Part shown: in pieces, positions 34,601 through 49,700 of the stretch | Layout of the letters: each line of letters opens with the position of its first letter | How positions within the stretch are numbered: the stretch's first letter is position 1 | Assembly: GCA_043228905.1 (NCBI GenBank) | Contig: JBHGNT010000061.1 | Coordinates: 89,505 to 153,504 of the forward strand | DNA from: Azolla caroliniana | Lineage: Eukaryota; Plantae; Polypodiophyta | Length of the DNA: 64,000 nucleotides | Direction of reading: 5' to 3' | Position numbers and translations under genes: made by a program | The notes under the pieces: model-generated | What the model saw: only the letters and a program-made list of their open reading frames with translations | Database searches by the model: none | Told to the model about the DNA's origin: nothing

Positions 34601-37600
34601 CAAATTTGGTAATTTCATCATGTCTCTCGACCTGAGTTTCAAAATCTTGATTTTTTAATTCCATATCATAGCTAGCGTTGTTAGCTTCGATTCACATGTT
34701 TGAACACAAAAATCCGATATTACACGAGCCAGGTATGAACATTTTAATTTACTCAAGCGCTCCTCTCAACTCACTCCTCAAACTTGGTAATTTCGTCATG
34801 TCTCTCGACCTGAGTTTCAAAATCTTGATTTTTTAATTCCATATCATACCTTGCGTTGTTAGCTTCGATTCGCATGTTTGAACACAAAAATCCGATATCA
34901 CACGAGCCAGGTATGAACATCTTAATTTACTCAAGGGTTCCTCTCAACTCAATCCTCAAATTTGGTAATTTCATCATGTCTCTTGACTTGAGTTTTAAAA
35001 TATTGATTTTTTAATTCCATATCATAGCTAGCGTTGTTAACTTCGATTCGCATGTTTGAACACAAATACCCGATATCATACGAGCCAGGTATGAACATTT
35101 TAATTTACTCAAGGGCTCCTGTCAACTCACTCCTCAAATTTGGTAATTTCATCATGTCTCTCGACCTGAGTTTCAAAATCTTGATTTTTTAATTCCATAT
35201 CATAGCTAGCGTTGTTAGCTTCGATTCACATGTTTGAACACAAAAATCCGATATTACATGAGCCAGGTATGAACATTTTAATTTACTCAAGGGCTCCTCT
35301 CAACTCACTCCTCAAATTTGGTAATTTCATCATGTCTCTCGCCCTGAGTTTCAAAATCTTGATTTTCTAATTCCATATCATAGCTAGCGTTGTTAGCTTC
35401 GATTCGCATGTTTGAACACAAAAATCCGATATCACACGAGCCAGATATGAGTATTTACATTTACCTACAAGCTCTTCTCAACTCACTCCTCAAATTTGGT
35501 AATTTCGTCATGTCTCTCGACCTGAGTTTCAAAATCTTGATTTTTTAATTCCATATCATACCTTGCGTTGTTAGCTTCGATTCGCATGTTTGAACACAAA
35601 AATCTGATATCACACGAGCCAGGTATGAACATTTTAATTTACTCAAGGGCTCCTCTCAACTCACTCCTCAAATTTGGTAATTTCATCATGTCTCTTGACC
35701 TGAGTTTTAAAATCTTTATTTTTTAATTCTATATCATAGCTAGCGTTGTTAGCTTCGATTTGCATGTTTGAACACAAAAATCCGATATCACACGAGCCAG
35801 GTATGAACATTTTAATTTACTCAAGGGCTCCTGTCAACTCACTCCTCAAATTTGGTAATTTCATCATGTCTCTCGACCTGAGTTTCAAAATCTTGATATT
35901 TTAATTCCATATCATAGCTAGCGTTGTTAGCTTCGACTCACATGTTTGAACACAAAAATCCGATATTACACGAGCCAGGTATGAACATTTTAATTTACTC
36001 AAGCGCTCCTCTCAGCTCACTCCTCAAATTTGGTAATTTTATCATGTCTCTCGCTCTAAATTTCAAAATCTTGATTTTGTAATTCCATATCATAGCTAGC
36101 GTTGTTAGCTTCGATTCGCATGTTTGAACACAAAAATCCGATATCACACGAGCCAGATATGAACATTTTCATTTACCTACAAGCTCTTCTCAACTCACTC
36201 CTCAAATTTGGTAATTTCGTCATGTCTCTCGACCTGAGTTTCAAAATCTTGATTTTTTAATTCCATATCATACCTAGCGTTGTTAGCTTCGATTCGAATG
36301 TTTGAACACAAAAATCCGATATCACACGAGCCAGGTATGAACATTTTAATTTACTCAAGGGCTCCTGTCAACTCACTCCTCAAATTTGGTAATTTTATCA
36401 TGTCTCTCGCTCTGAATTTCAAAATCTTGATTTTCTAATTCCATATCATAGCTAGCGTTCGATTCGCATGTTTGAACACAAAAATCCGATATCACACGAG
36501 CCAGATATGAACATTTTCATTTACCTACAAGCTCTTCTCAACTCAGTCCTCAAATTTGGTAATTTCGTCATGTCTCTCGACGTGAGTTTCAAAATCTTGA
36601 TTTTTTAATTCCATATCATACCTAGCGTTGTTAGCTTCGATTCGAATGTTTGAACACAAAAATCCGATATCACACGAGCCAGGTATGAACATTTTAATTT
36701 ACTCAAGGGCTCCTCTCAACTCCCTCCTCATGTTGGCTAATTTCGTCATGTCTCTCGACCTGAGTTTCAAAATCTTGATTTTTTAATTCCATATCATAGC
36801 TAGCGTTGTTAACTTCGATTCACATGTTTGATCACAAAAATCCGATATCACACGAGCCAGGTATGAACATTTTAATTTACTCAAGGGTTCCTCTCAACTC
36901 CCTCCTCATGTTGGGTAATTTCGTCATGTCTCTCGACCTGAGTTTCAAAATCTTGATTTTTTAATTCCATATCATAGCTAGCGTTGTTAACTTCGATTCA
37001 CATGTTTGATCACAAAAATCCGATATCACACGAGCCAGATATGAACATCTTCATTTACCTACTAGCTCTTCTCAACTCACTCCTCAAATTTGGTAATTTC
37101 ATCATGTCTCTCGACCTGAGTTTCAAAACCTGGATTTTTTTATTTGATATCACAGCTAGCGTTGTTAGCTTCGATTCGCATGTTTGAACACAAAAATCCG
37201 ATATCACACGAGCCAGGTATGAACATTTTAATTTACTCAAGGGCTCCTCTCAACTCACTCCTCAAATTTGGTAAGTTCATCATGTCTCTTGACTTGAGTT
37301 TTAAAATCTTGATTTTTTAATTCCATATCATAGCTAGCGTTGTGAACTTCGATTCGCATGTTTGAACACAAAAATCCGATATCCGACGAGCCAGGTATGA
37401 ACATTTTCATTTACTCAAGGGCTCCTCTCAACTCACTCCTCAAATTTGGTAATTTCGTCATGTCTCTCGACCTGAGTTTCAAAATCTTGATATTTTAATT
37501 CCATATCATACCTAGCATTGTTAGCTTCGATTCGAATGTTTGAACACAAAAATCCAATATCACACGAGCCAGGTATGAACATTTTAATTTACTCAAGGGC

Positions 37601-40600
37601 TCCTCTCAACTCACTCCTCAAATTTGGTAAGTTCATCATGTCTCTTGACTTGAGTTTTAAAATCTTGATTTTTTAATTCCATATCATAGCTAGCGTTGTG
37701 AGCTTCGATTCGCATGTTTGAACACAAAAATCCGATATCCGACGAGCCAGGTATGAACATTTTAATTTACTCAAAGGCTCCTCTCAACTCACTCCTCAAA
37801 TTTGGTAATTTCGTCATGTCTCTCGACCTGAGTTTCAAAATCTTGATATTTTAATTCCATATCATACCTAGCGTTGTTAGCTTCGATTCGAATGTTTGAA
37901 CACAAAAATCCAATATCACACGAGCCAGGTATGAACATTTTAATTTACTCAAGGGCTCCTCTCAACTCCCTCCTCATGTTTGCTAATTTCGTCATGTCTC
38001 TCGACCTGAATTTAAAAATCTTGATTTTTTAATTCCATATCATAGCTAATGTTGTTAGCTTCGATTCGCATGTTTGAACACAAAAATCCGATATCACACG
38101 AGCCAGGTATGAACATTTTAATTTACTCAAGGGCTCCTCTCAACTCACCCCTCAAATTTGGTAATTTCATCATGTCTCTCGACGTGAGTTTCAAAATCTA
38201 GATTTTTTAATTCCATATCATAGCTAGCGTTGTTAGCTTCGATTCGCATGTTTGAACACAAAAATCCGATATCACACGAGCCAGGTATGAACATCTTAAT
38301 TTACTCAAGGGTTCCTCTCAACTCACTCCTCAAATTTGGTAATTTCATCATGTCTCTTGACTTGAGTTTTAAAATATTGATTTTTTAATTCCATATCATA
38401 GCTAGCGTTGTTAGCTTCGATTCGCATGTTTGAACACAAATACCCGATATCCGACGAGCCAGGTATGAACATTTTAATTTACTCAAGGGCTCCTCTCAAC
38501 TCACTCCTCAAATTTGGTAATTTCGTCATGTCTCTCGACCTGAGTTTCAAAATCTTGATATTTTAATTCCATATCATACCTAGCGTTGTTAGCTTCGATT
38601 CGAATGTTTGAACACAAAAATCCAATATCACACGAGCCAGGTATGAACATTTTAATTTACTCAAGGGCTCCTCTCAACTCCCTCCTCATGTTTGCTAATT
38701 TCGTCATGTCTCTCGACCTGAATTTAAAAATCTTGATTTTTTAATTCCATATCATAGCTAATCTTGTTAGCTTCGATTCGCATGTTTGAACACAAAAATC
38801 CGATATCACACGAGCCAGATATGAACATTTTCATTTACCTACAAGCTCTTCTCAACTCAATCCTCAAATTTGGTAATTTCGTCATGTCTCTCGACCTGAG
38901 TGTCAAAATCTTGATTTTTTAATTCCATATCATACCTAGCGTTGTTAGCTTCGATTCGAATGTTTGAACACAAAAATCCGATATCACACGAGCCAGGTAT
39001 GAACATTTTAATTTACTCAAGGGCTCCTCTCAACTCCGTCCTCATGTTGGGTAATTTCGTCATGTCTCTCGACCTGAGTTTCAAAATCTTGATTTTTTAA
39101 TTCCATATCATAGCTAGCATTGTTAACTTCGATTCACATGTTTGATCACAAAAATCCGATATCACACGAGCCTGGTATGAACATTTTAATTTACTCAAGG
39201 GCTCCTCTCAACTCACTCCTCAAATTTGGTAAGTTCATCATGTCTCTTGACTTGAGTTTTAAAATCTTGATTTTTTAATTCCATATCATAGCTAGCGTTT
39301 TGAGCTTCGATTCGCATGTTTGAACACAAAAATCCGATATCCGACGAGCCAGGTATGAACATTTTAATTTACTCAAGGGCTCCTCTCAACTCACTCCTCA
39401 AATTTGGTAATTTCGTCATGTCTCTCGACCTGAGTTTCAAAATCTTGATATTTTAATTCCATATCATACCTAGCGTTGTTAGCTTCGATTCGAATGTTTG
39501 AACACAAAAATCCAATATCACACGAGCCAGGTATGAACATTTTAATTTACTCAAGGGCTCCTCTCAACTCCCTCCTCATGTTTGCTAATTTCGTCATGTC
39601 TCTCGACCTGAATTTAAAAATCTTGATTTTTTAATTCCATATCATAGCTAATGTTGTTAGCTTCGATTCGCATGTTTGAACACAAAAATCCGATATCACA
39701 CGAGCCAGGTATGAACATTTTAATTTACTCAAGGGTTCCTCTCAACTCACTCCTCAAATTTGGTAATTTCATCATGTCTCTCGACCTGAGTTTCAAAATC
39801 TTGGTTTTTTAATTCCATATCATAGCTAGCGTTGTTAGCTTCGATTCACATGTTTGAACAGAAAAATCCGATATTACACCAGCTAGGTATAAACATTTTA
39901 ATTTACTCAAGGGCTCCTCTCAACTCACTCCTCAAATTTGGTAATTTTATCATGTCTCTCGCTCTGAATTTCAAAATCTTGATATTTTAATTCCATATCA
40001 TACCTAGCATTGTTAGCTTCGATTCGAATGTTTGAACACAAAAATCCAATATCACACGAGCCAGGTATGAACATTTTAATTTACTCAAGGGCTCCTCTCA
40101 ACTCCCTCCTCATGTTTGCTAATTTCGTCATGTCTCTCGACCTGAATTTAAAAATCTTGATTTTTTAATTCCATATCATAGCTAATGTTGTTAGCTTCGA
40201 TTCGCATGTTTGAACACAAAAATCCGATATCACACGAGCCAGGTATGAACATTTTAATTTACTCAAGGGCTCCTCTCAACTCACTCCTCAAATTTGGTAA
40301 TTTCATCATGTCTCTCGACGTGAGTTTCAAAATCTAGATTTTTTAATTCCATATCATTGCTAGCGTTGTTAGCTTCGATTCGCATGTTTGAACACAAAAA
40401 TCCGATATCACACGAGCCAGGTATGAACATCTTAATTTACTCAAGGGTTCCTCTCAACTCACTCCTCAAATTTGGTAATTTCATCATGTCTCTTGACTTG
40501 AGTTTTAAAATCTTGATTTTTTAATTCCATATCATAGCTAGCGTTGTTAGCTTCGATTCGCATGTTTGAACACAAATACCCGATATCATACGAGCCAGGT

Positions 40601-43600
40601 ATGAACATTTTAATTTACTCAAGGGCTCCTGTCAACTCACTCCTCAAATTTGGTAATTTCATCATGTCTCTCGACCTGAGTTTCAAAATCTTGATTTTTT
40701 AATTCCATATCATAGCTAGCGTTGTTAGCTTCGATTCACATGTTTGAACACAAAAATCCGATATTACATGAGCCAGGTATGAACATTTTAATTTACTCAA
40801 GGGCTCCTCTCAACTCACTCCTCAAATTTGGTAATTTTATCATGTCTCTCGCCCTGAGTTTCAAAATCTTGATTTCCTAATTCCATATCATAGCTAGCGT
40901 TATTAACTTCGATTCACATGTTTGATCACAAAAATCCGTTATCACACGAGCCAGGTCTGAACATTTTAATTTACTCAAGGGCTCCTCTCAACTCCCTCCT
41001 CATGTTTGCTAATTTCGTCATGTCTCTCGACCTGAATTTAAAAATCTTGATTTTTTAATTCCATATCATAGCTAATGTTGTTAGCTTCGATTCGCATGTT
41101 TGAACACAAAAATCCGATATCACACGAGCCAGGTATGAACATTTTAATTTACTCAAGGGCTCCTCTCAACTCACCCCTCAAATTTGGTAATTTCATCATG
41201 TCTCTCGACGTGAGTTTCAAAATCTAGATTTTTTAATTCCATATCATAGCTAGCGTTGTTAGTTTCGATTCGCATGTTTGAACACAAAAATCCGATATCA
41301 CACGAGCCAGGTATGAACATCTTAATTTACTCAAGGGTTCCTCTCAACTCACTCCTCAAATTTGGTAATTTCATCATGTCTCTTGACTTGAGTTTTAAAA
41401 TATTGATTTTTTAATTCCATATCATAGCTAGCGTTGTTAGCTTCGATTCGCATGTTTGAACACAAATACCCGATATCATACGAGCCAGGTATGAACATTT
41501 TAATTTACTCAAAGGCTCCTGTCAACTCACTCCTCAAATTTGGTAATTTCATCATGTCTCTCGACCTGAGTTTCAAAATCTTGATTTTTTAATTCCATAT
41601 CATAGCTAGCGTTGTTAGCTTCGATTCACATGTTTGAACACAAAAATCCGATATTACACGAGCCAGGTATGAACATTTTAATTTACTCAAGGGCTCCTGT
41701 CAACTCACTCCTCAAATTTGGTAATTTTATCATGTCTCTCGCTCTGAATTTCAAAATCTTGATTTTCTAATTCCATATCATAGCTAGCGTTCGATTCGCA
41801 TGTTTGAACACAAAAATCCGATATCACACGAGCCAGATATGAACATTTTCATTTACCTACAAGCTCTTCTCAACTCAGTCCTCAAATTTGGTAATTTCGT
41901 CATGTCTCTCGACCTGAGTGTCAAAATCTAGATTTTTTAATTCCATATCATACCTAGCGTTGTTAGCTTCGATTCGTATGTTTGAACACAAAAATCCGAT
42001 ATCACACGAGCCAGGTATGAACATTTTAATTTACTCAAGGGTTCCTCTCAACTCCCTCCTCATGTTGGGTAATTTCGTCATGTCTCTCGACCTGAGTTTC
42101 AAAATCTTGATTTTTTAATTCCATATCATACCTAGCGTTGTTAACTTCGATTCACATGTTTGATCACAAAAATCCGATATCACATGAGCCAGATATGAAC
42201 ATCTTCATTTACCTACTAGCTCTTCTCAACTCCCTCCTCAAATTTGGTAATTTCATCATGTCTCTCGACCTGAGTTTCAAAACCTGGATTTTTTTATTTG
42301 ATATCACAGCTAGCGTTGTTAGCTTCGATTCGCATGTTTGAACACAAAAATCCGATATCACACGAGCCTGGTATGAACATTTTAATTTACTCAAGGGCTC
42401 CTCTCAACTCACTCCTCAAATTTGGTAATTTCATCATGTCTCTCGACGTGAGTTTCAAAATCTAGATTTTTTAATTCCATATCATTGCTAGCGTTGTTAG
42501 CTTCGATTCGCATGTTTGAACACAAAAATCCGATATCACACGAGCCAGGTATGAACATCTTAATTTACTCAAGGGTTCCTCTCAACTCACTCCTCAAATT
42601 TGGTAATTTCATCATGTCTCTTGACTTGAGTTTTAAAATATTGATTTTTTAATTCCATATCATAGCTAGCGTTGTTAGCTTCGATTCGCATGTTTGAACA
42701 CAAATACCCGATATCATACGAGCCAGGTATGAACATTTTAATTTACTCAAGGGCTCCTCTCAACTCACTCCTCAAATTTGGTAATTTCATCATGTCTCTC
42801 GACCTGAGTTTCAAAATCTTGATTTTTTAATTCCATATCATAGCTAGCGTTGTTAGCTTCGATTCACATGTTTGAACACAAAAATCCGATATTACATGAG
42901 CCAGGTATGAACATTTTAATTTACTCAAGGGCTCCTCTCAACTCACTCCTCAAATTTGGTAATTTTATCATGTCTCTCGCCCTGAGTTTCAAAATCTTGA
43001 TTTTCTAATTCCATATCATAGCTAGCGTTGTTAGCTTCGATTCGCATGTTTGAACACAAAAATCCGATATCACACGAGCCAGATATGAACATTTTCATTT
43101 ACCTACAAGCTCTTCTCAACTCACTCCTCAAATTTGGTAATTTCGTCATGTCTCTTGACCTGAGTGTCAAAATCTTGATTTTTTAATTCCATATCATACC
43201 TAGCGTTGTTAGCTTCGATTCGTATGTTTGAACACAAAAATCCGATATCACACGAGCCAGGTATGAACATTTTAATTTACTCAAGGGTTCCTCTCAACTC
43301 CCTCCTCATGTTGGGTAATTTCGTCATGTCTCTCGACCTGAGTTTCACACGAGCCAGATATGAACATGTTCATTTACCTACTAGCTCTTCTCAACTCACT
43401 CCTCAAATTTGGTAATTTCATCATGTCTCTCGACCTGAGTTTCAAAACCTGGATTTTTTTATTCGATATCACAGCTAGCGTTGTTAGCTTCGATTCGCAT
43501 GTTTGAACACAAAAATCCGATATCACACGAGCCTGGTATGAACATTTTAATTTACTCAAGGGCTCCTCTCAACTCACTCCTCAAATTTGGTAAGTTCATC

Positions 43601-43791
43601 ATGTCTCTTGACTTGAGTTTTAAAATCTTGATTTTTTAATTCCATATCATAGCTAGCGTTGTGAGCTTCGATTCGCATGTTTGAACACAAAAATCCGATA
43701 TCCGACGAGCCAGGTATGAACATTTTCATTTACTCAAGGGCTCCTCTCAACTCACTCCTCAAATTTGGTAATTTCGTCATGTCTCTCGACC

Positions 43792-46700
43792 TGAGTTTCA
43801 AAATCTTGATATTTTAATTCCATATCATACCTAGCGTTGTTAGCTTCGATTCGAATGTTTGAACACAAAAATCCAATATCACACGAGCCAGGTATGAACA
43901 TTTTAATTTACTCAAGGGCTCCTCTCAACTCCCTCCTCATGTTTGCTAATTTCGTCATGTCTCTCGACCTGAATTTAAAAATCTTGATTTTTTAATTCCA
44001 TGTCATAGCTAATGTTGTTAGCTTCGATTCACATGTTTGAACACAAAAATCCGATATCACACGAGCCAGGTATGAACATTTTAATTTACTCAAGGGCTCC
44101 TCTCAACTCACCCCTCAAATTTGGTAATTTCATCATGTCTCTCGACGTGAGTTTCAAAATCTAGATTTTTTAATTCCATATCATAGCTAGCATTGTTAGC
44201 CTCGATTCGCATGTTTGAACACAAAAATCCGATATCACACGAGCCAGGTATGAACATCTTAATTTACTCAAGGGTTCCTCTCAAGTCACTCCTCAAATTT
44301 GGTAATTTCATCATGTCTCTTGACTTGAGTTTTAAAATATTGATTTTTTAATTCCATATCATAGCTAGCGTTGTTAGCTTCGATTCGCATGTTTGAACAC
44401 AAATACCTGATATCATACGAGCCAGGTATGAACATTTTAATTTACTCAAGGGCTCCTGTCAACTCACTCCTCAAATTTGGTAATTTCATCATGTCTCTCG
44501 ACCTGAGTTTCAAAATCTTGATTTTTTAATTCCATATCATAGCTAGCGTTGTTAGCTTCGATTCACATGTTTGAACACAAAAATCCGATATTACACGAGC
44601 CAGGTATGAACATTTTAATTTACTCAAGGGCTCCTGTCAACTCACTCCTCAAATTTGGTAATTTTATCATGTCTCTCGCTCTGAATTTCAAAATCTTGAT
44701 TTTCTAATTCCATATCATAGCTAGCGTTCGATTCGCATGTTTGAACACAAAAATCCGATATCACACGAGCCAGATATGAACATTTTCATTTACCTACAAG
44801 CTCTTCTCAACTCAGTCCTCAAATTCGGTAATTTCGTCATGTCTCTCGACCTGAGTGTCGAAATCTAGATTTTTTAATTCCATATCATACCTAGCGTTGT
44901 TAGCTTCGATTCGTATGTTTGAACACAAAAATCCGATATCACACGAGCCAGGTATGAACATTTTAATTTACTCAAGGGTTCCTCTCAACTCCCTCCTCAT
45001 GTTGGGTAATTTCGTCATGTCTCTCGACCTAAGTTTCAAAATCTTGATTTTCTAATTCCATATCATAGCTAGCGTTGTTAGCTTCGATTCGCATGTTTGA
45101 TCACAAAAATCCGATATCACACGAGCCAGATATGAACATTTTCATTTACCTACAAGCTCTTCTCAACTCACTCCTCAAATTTGGTAATTTCGTCATGTCT
45201 CTCGACCTGAGTGTCAAAATCTTGATTTTTTAATTCCATATCATACCTAGCGTTGTTAGCTTCGATTCGCATGTTTGAACACAAAAATCCGATATCACAC
45301 GAGCCAGGTATGAACATTTTAATTTACTTAAGGGCTCCTATCAACTCACTCCTCAAATTTGGTAATTTCATCATGTCTCTCGACCTGAGTTTCAAAATCC
45401 TCATTTTTTAATTCCATATCATAGCTAGCGTTGTTAGCTTCGATTCGCATGTTTGAACACAAAAATCCGATATCACACGAGCCAGCTATGAACATTTTAA
45501 TTTACTCAAGGGCTCCTCTCAACTCACTCGTCAAATTTGGTAATTTCGTCATGTCTCTCGACCTGAGTTTCAAAATCTTGATATTTTAATTCCATATCAT
45601 ACCTAGCGTTGTTAGCTTCGATTCGAATGTTTGAACACAAAAATCCAATATCACACGAGCCAGGTATGAACATTTTAATTTACTCAAGGGCTCCTCTCAA
45701 CTCCCTCCTCATGTTGGGTAATTTCGTCATGTCTCTCGACCTGAGTTTTAAAATCTTGATTTTTTAATTCCATATAATAGCTATTGTTATTAACTTCGAT
45801 TCACATGTTTGATCACAAAAATCCGTTATCACACGAGCCAGGTCTGAACATTTTAATTTACTCAAGGGCTCCTCTCAACTCCCTCCTCATGTTTGCTAAT
45901 TTCGTCATGTCTCTCGACCTGAATTTCAAAATCTTGATTTTCTAATTCCATATCATAGCTAATGTTGTTAGCTTCGATTCGCATGTTTGAACACAAAAAT
46001 CCGATATGACACGAGCCAGGTATGAACATTTTAATTTACTCAAGGGCTCCTATCAACTCACTCCTCAAATTTGGTAATTTCATCATGTCTCTCGACCTGA
46101 GTTTCAAAATCTTGATTTTTTAATTCCATATCATAGCTAGCGTTGTGAGCTTCGATTCGCATGTTTGAACACAAAAATCCGATATCCGACGAGCCAGGTA
46201 TGAACATTTTCATTTACTCAAGGGCTCCTCTCAACTCACTCCTCAAATTTGGTAATTTCGTCATGTCTCTCGACCTGAGTTTCAAAATCTTGATATTTTA
46301 ATTCCATATCATACCTAGCGTTGTTAGCTTCGATTCGAATGTTTGAACACAAAAATCCAATATCACACGAGCCAGGTATGAACATTTTAATTTACTCAAG
46401 GGCTCCTCTCAACTCCCTCCTCATGTTTGCTAATTTCGTCATGTCTCTCGACCTGAATTTAAAAATCTTGATTTTTTAATTCCATGTCATAGCTAATGTT
46501 GTTAGCTTCGATTCACATGTTTGAACACAAAAATCCGATATCACACGAGCCAGGTATGAACATTTTAATTTACTCAAGGGCTCCTCTCAACTCACCCCTC
46601 AAATTTGGTAATTTCATCATGTCTCTCGACGTGAGTTTCAAAATCTAGATTTTTTAATTCCATATCATAGCTAGCATTGTTAGCCTCGATTCGCATGTTT

Positions 46701-49700
46701 GAACACAAAAATCCGATATCACACGAGCCAGGTATGAACATCTTAATTTACTCAAGGGTTCCTCTCAAGTCACTCCTCAAATTTGGTAATTTCATCATGT
46801 CTCTTGACTTGAGTTTTAAAATATTGATTTTTTAATTCCATATCATAGCTAGCGTTGTTAGCTTCGATTCGCATGTTTGAACACAAATACCTGATATCAT
46901 ACGAGCCAGGTATGAACATTTTAATTTACTCAAGGGCTCCTGTCAACTCACTCCTCAAATTTGGTAATTTCATCATGTCTCTCGACCTGAGTTTCAAAAT
47001 CTTGATTTTTTAATTCCATATCATAGCTAGCGTTGTTAGCTTCGATTCACATGTTTGAACACAAAAATCCGATATTACACGAGCCAGGTATGAACATTTT
47101 AATTTACTCAAGGGCTCCTGTCAACTCACTCCTCAAATTTGGTAATTTTATCATGTCTCTCGCTCTGAATTTCAAAATCTTGATTTTCTAATTCCATATC
47201 ATAGCTAGCGTTCGATTCGCATGTTTGAACACAAAAATCCGATATCACACGAGCCAGATATGAACATTTTCATTTACCTACAAGCTCTTCTCAACTCAGT
47301 CCTCAAATTCGGTAATTTCGTCATGTCTCTCGACCTGAGTGTCAAAATCTAGATTTTTTAATTCCATATCATACCTAGCGTTGTTAGCTTCGATTCGTAT
47401 GTTTGAACACAAAAATCCGATATCACACGAGCCAGGTATGAACATTTTAATTTACTCAAGGGTTCCTCTCAACTCCCTCCTCATGTTGGGTAATTTCGTC
47501 ATGTCTCTCGACCTAAGTTTCAAAATCTTGATTTTCTAATTCCATATCATAGCTAGCGTTGTTAACTTCGATTCACATGTTTGATCACAAAAATCCGATA
47601 TCACACGAGCCAGATATGAACATCTTCATTTACCTACTAGCTCTTCTCAACTCACTCCTCAAATTTGGTAATTTCATCATGTCTCTCGACCTGAGTTTCA
47701 AAACCTGGATTTTTTTATTTGATATCACAGCTAGCGTTGTTAGCTTCGATTCGCATGTTTGAACACAAAAATCCGATATCACACGAGCCTGGTATGAACA
47801 TTTTAATTTACTCAAGGGCTCCTCTCAACTCACTCCTCAAATTTGGTAAGTTCACCATGTCTCTTGACTTGAGTTTTAAAATCTTGATTTTTTAATTCCA
47901 TATCATAGCTAGCGTTGTGAGCTTCGATTCGCATGTTTGAACACAAAAATCCGATATCCGACGAGCCAGGTATGAACATTTTCATTTACTCAAGGGCTCC
48001 TCTCAACTCACTCCTCAAATTTGGTAATTTCGTCATGTCTCTCGACCTGAGTTTCAAAATCTTGATATTTTAATTCCATATCATACCTAGCGTTGTTAGC
48101 TTCGATTCGAATGTTTGAACACAAAAATCCAATATCACACGAGCCAGGTATGAACATTTTAATTTACTCAAGGGCTCCTCTCAACTCCCTGCTCATGTTT
48201 GCTAATTTCGTCATGTCTCTCGACCTGAATTTAAAAATCTTGATTTTCTAATTCCATATCATAGCTAATGTTGTTAGCTTCGATTCGCATGTTTGAACAC
48301 AAAAATCCGATATCACACGAGCCTGGTATGAACATTTTAATTTACTCAAGGGCTCCTCTCAACTCACTCCTCAAATTTGGTAAGTTCACCATGTCTCTTG
48401 ACTTGAGTTTTAAAATCTTGATTTTTTAATTCCATATCATAGCTAGCGTTGTGAGCTTCGATTCGCATGTTTGAACACAAAAATCCGATATCCGACGAGC
48501 CAGGTATGAACATTTTCATTTACTCAAGGGCTCCTCTCAACTCACTCCTCAAATTTGGTAATTTCGTCATGTCTCTCGACCTGAGTTTCAAAATCTTGAT
48601 ATTTTAATTCCATATCATACCTAGCGTTGTTAGCTTCGATTCGAATGTTTGAACACAAAAATCCAATATCACACGAGCCAGGTATGAACATTTTAATTTA
48701 CTCAAGGGCTCCTCTCAACTCCCTGCTCATGTTTGCTAATTTCGTCATGTCTCTCGACCTGAATTTAAAAATCTTGATTTTCTAATTCCATATCATAGCT
48801 AATGTTGTTAGCTTCGATTCGCATGTTTGAACACAAAAATCCGATATCACACGAGCCTGGTATGAACATTTTAATTTACTCAAGGGCTCCTCTCAACTCA
48901 CTCCTCAAATTTGGTAAGTTCATCATGTCTCTTGACTTGAGTTTTAAAATCTTGATTTTTTAATTCCATATCATAGCTAGCGTTGTGAGATTCGATTCGC
49001 ATGTTTGAACACAAAAATCCGATATCCGACGAGCCAGGTATGAACATTTTCATTTACTCAAGGGCTCCTCTCAACTCACTCCTCAAATTTGGTAATTTCG
49101 TCATGTCTCTCGACCTGAGTTTCAAAATCTTGATATTTTAATTCCATATCATACCTAGCGTTGTTAGCTTCGATTCGAATGTTTGAACACAAAAATCCAA
49201 TATCACACGAGCCAGGTATGAACATTTTAATTTACTCAAGGGCTCCTCTCAACTCCCTGCTCATGTTTGCTAATTTCGTCATGTCTCTCGACCTGAATTT
49301 AAAAATCTTGATTTTCTAATTCCATATCATAGCTAATGTTGTTAGCTTCGATTCGCATGTTTGAACACAAAAATCCGATATCACACGAGCCTGGTATGAA
49401 CATTTTAATTTACTCAAGGGCTCCTCTCAACTCACTCCTCAAATTTGGTAAGTTCATCATGTCTCTTGACTTGAGTTTTAAAATCTTGATTTTTTAATTC
49501 CATATCATAGCTAGCGTTGTGAGATTCGATTCGCATGTTTGAACACAAAAATCCGATATCCGACGAGCCAGGTATGAACATTTTCATTTACTCAAGGGCT
49601 CCTCTCAACTCACTCCTCAAATTTGGTAATTTCGTCATGTCTCTCGACCTGAGTTTCAAAATCTTGATATTTTAATTCCATATCATACCTAGCGTTGTTA

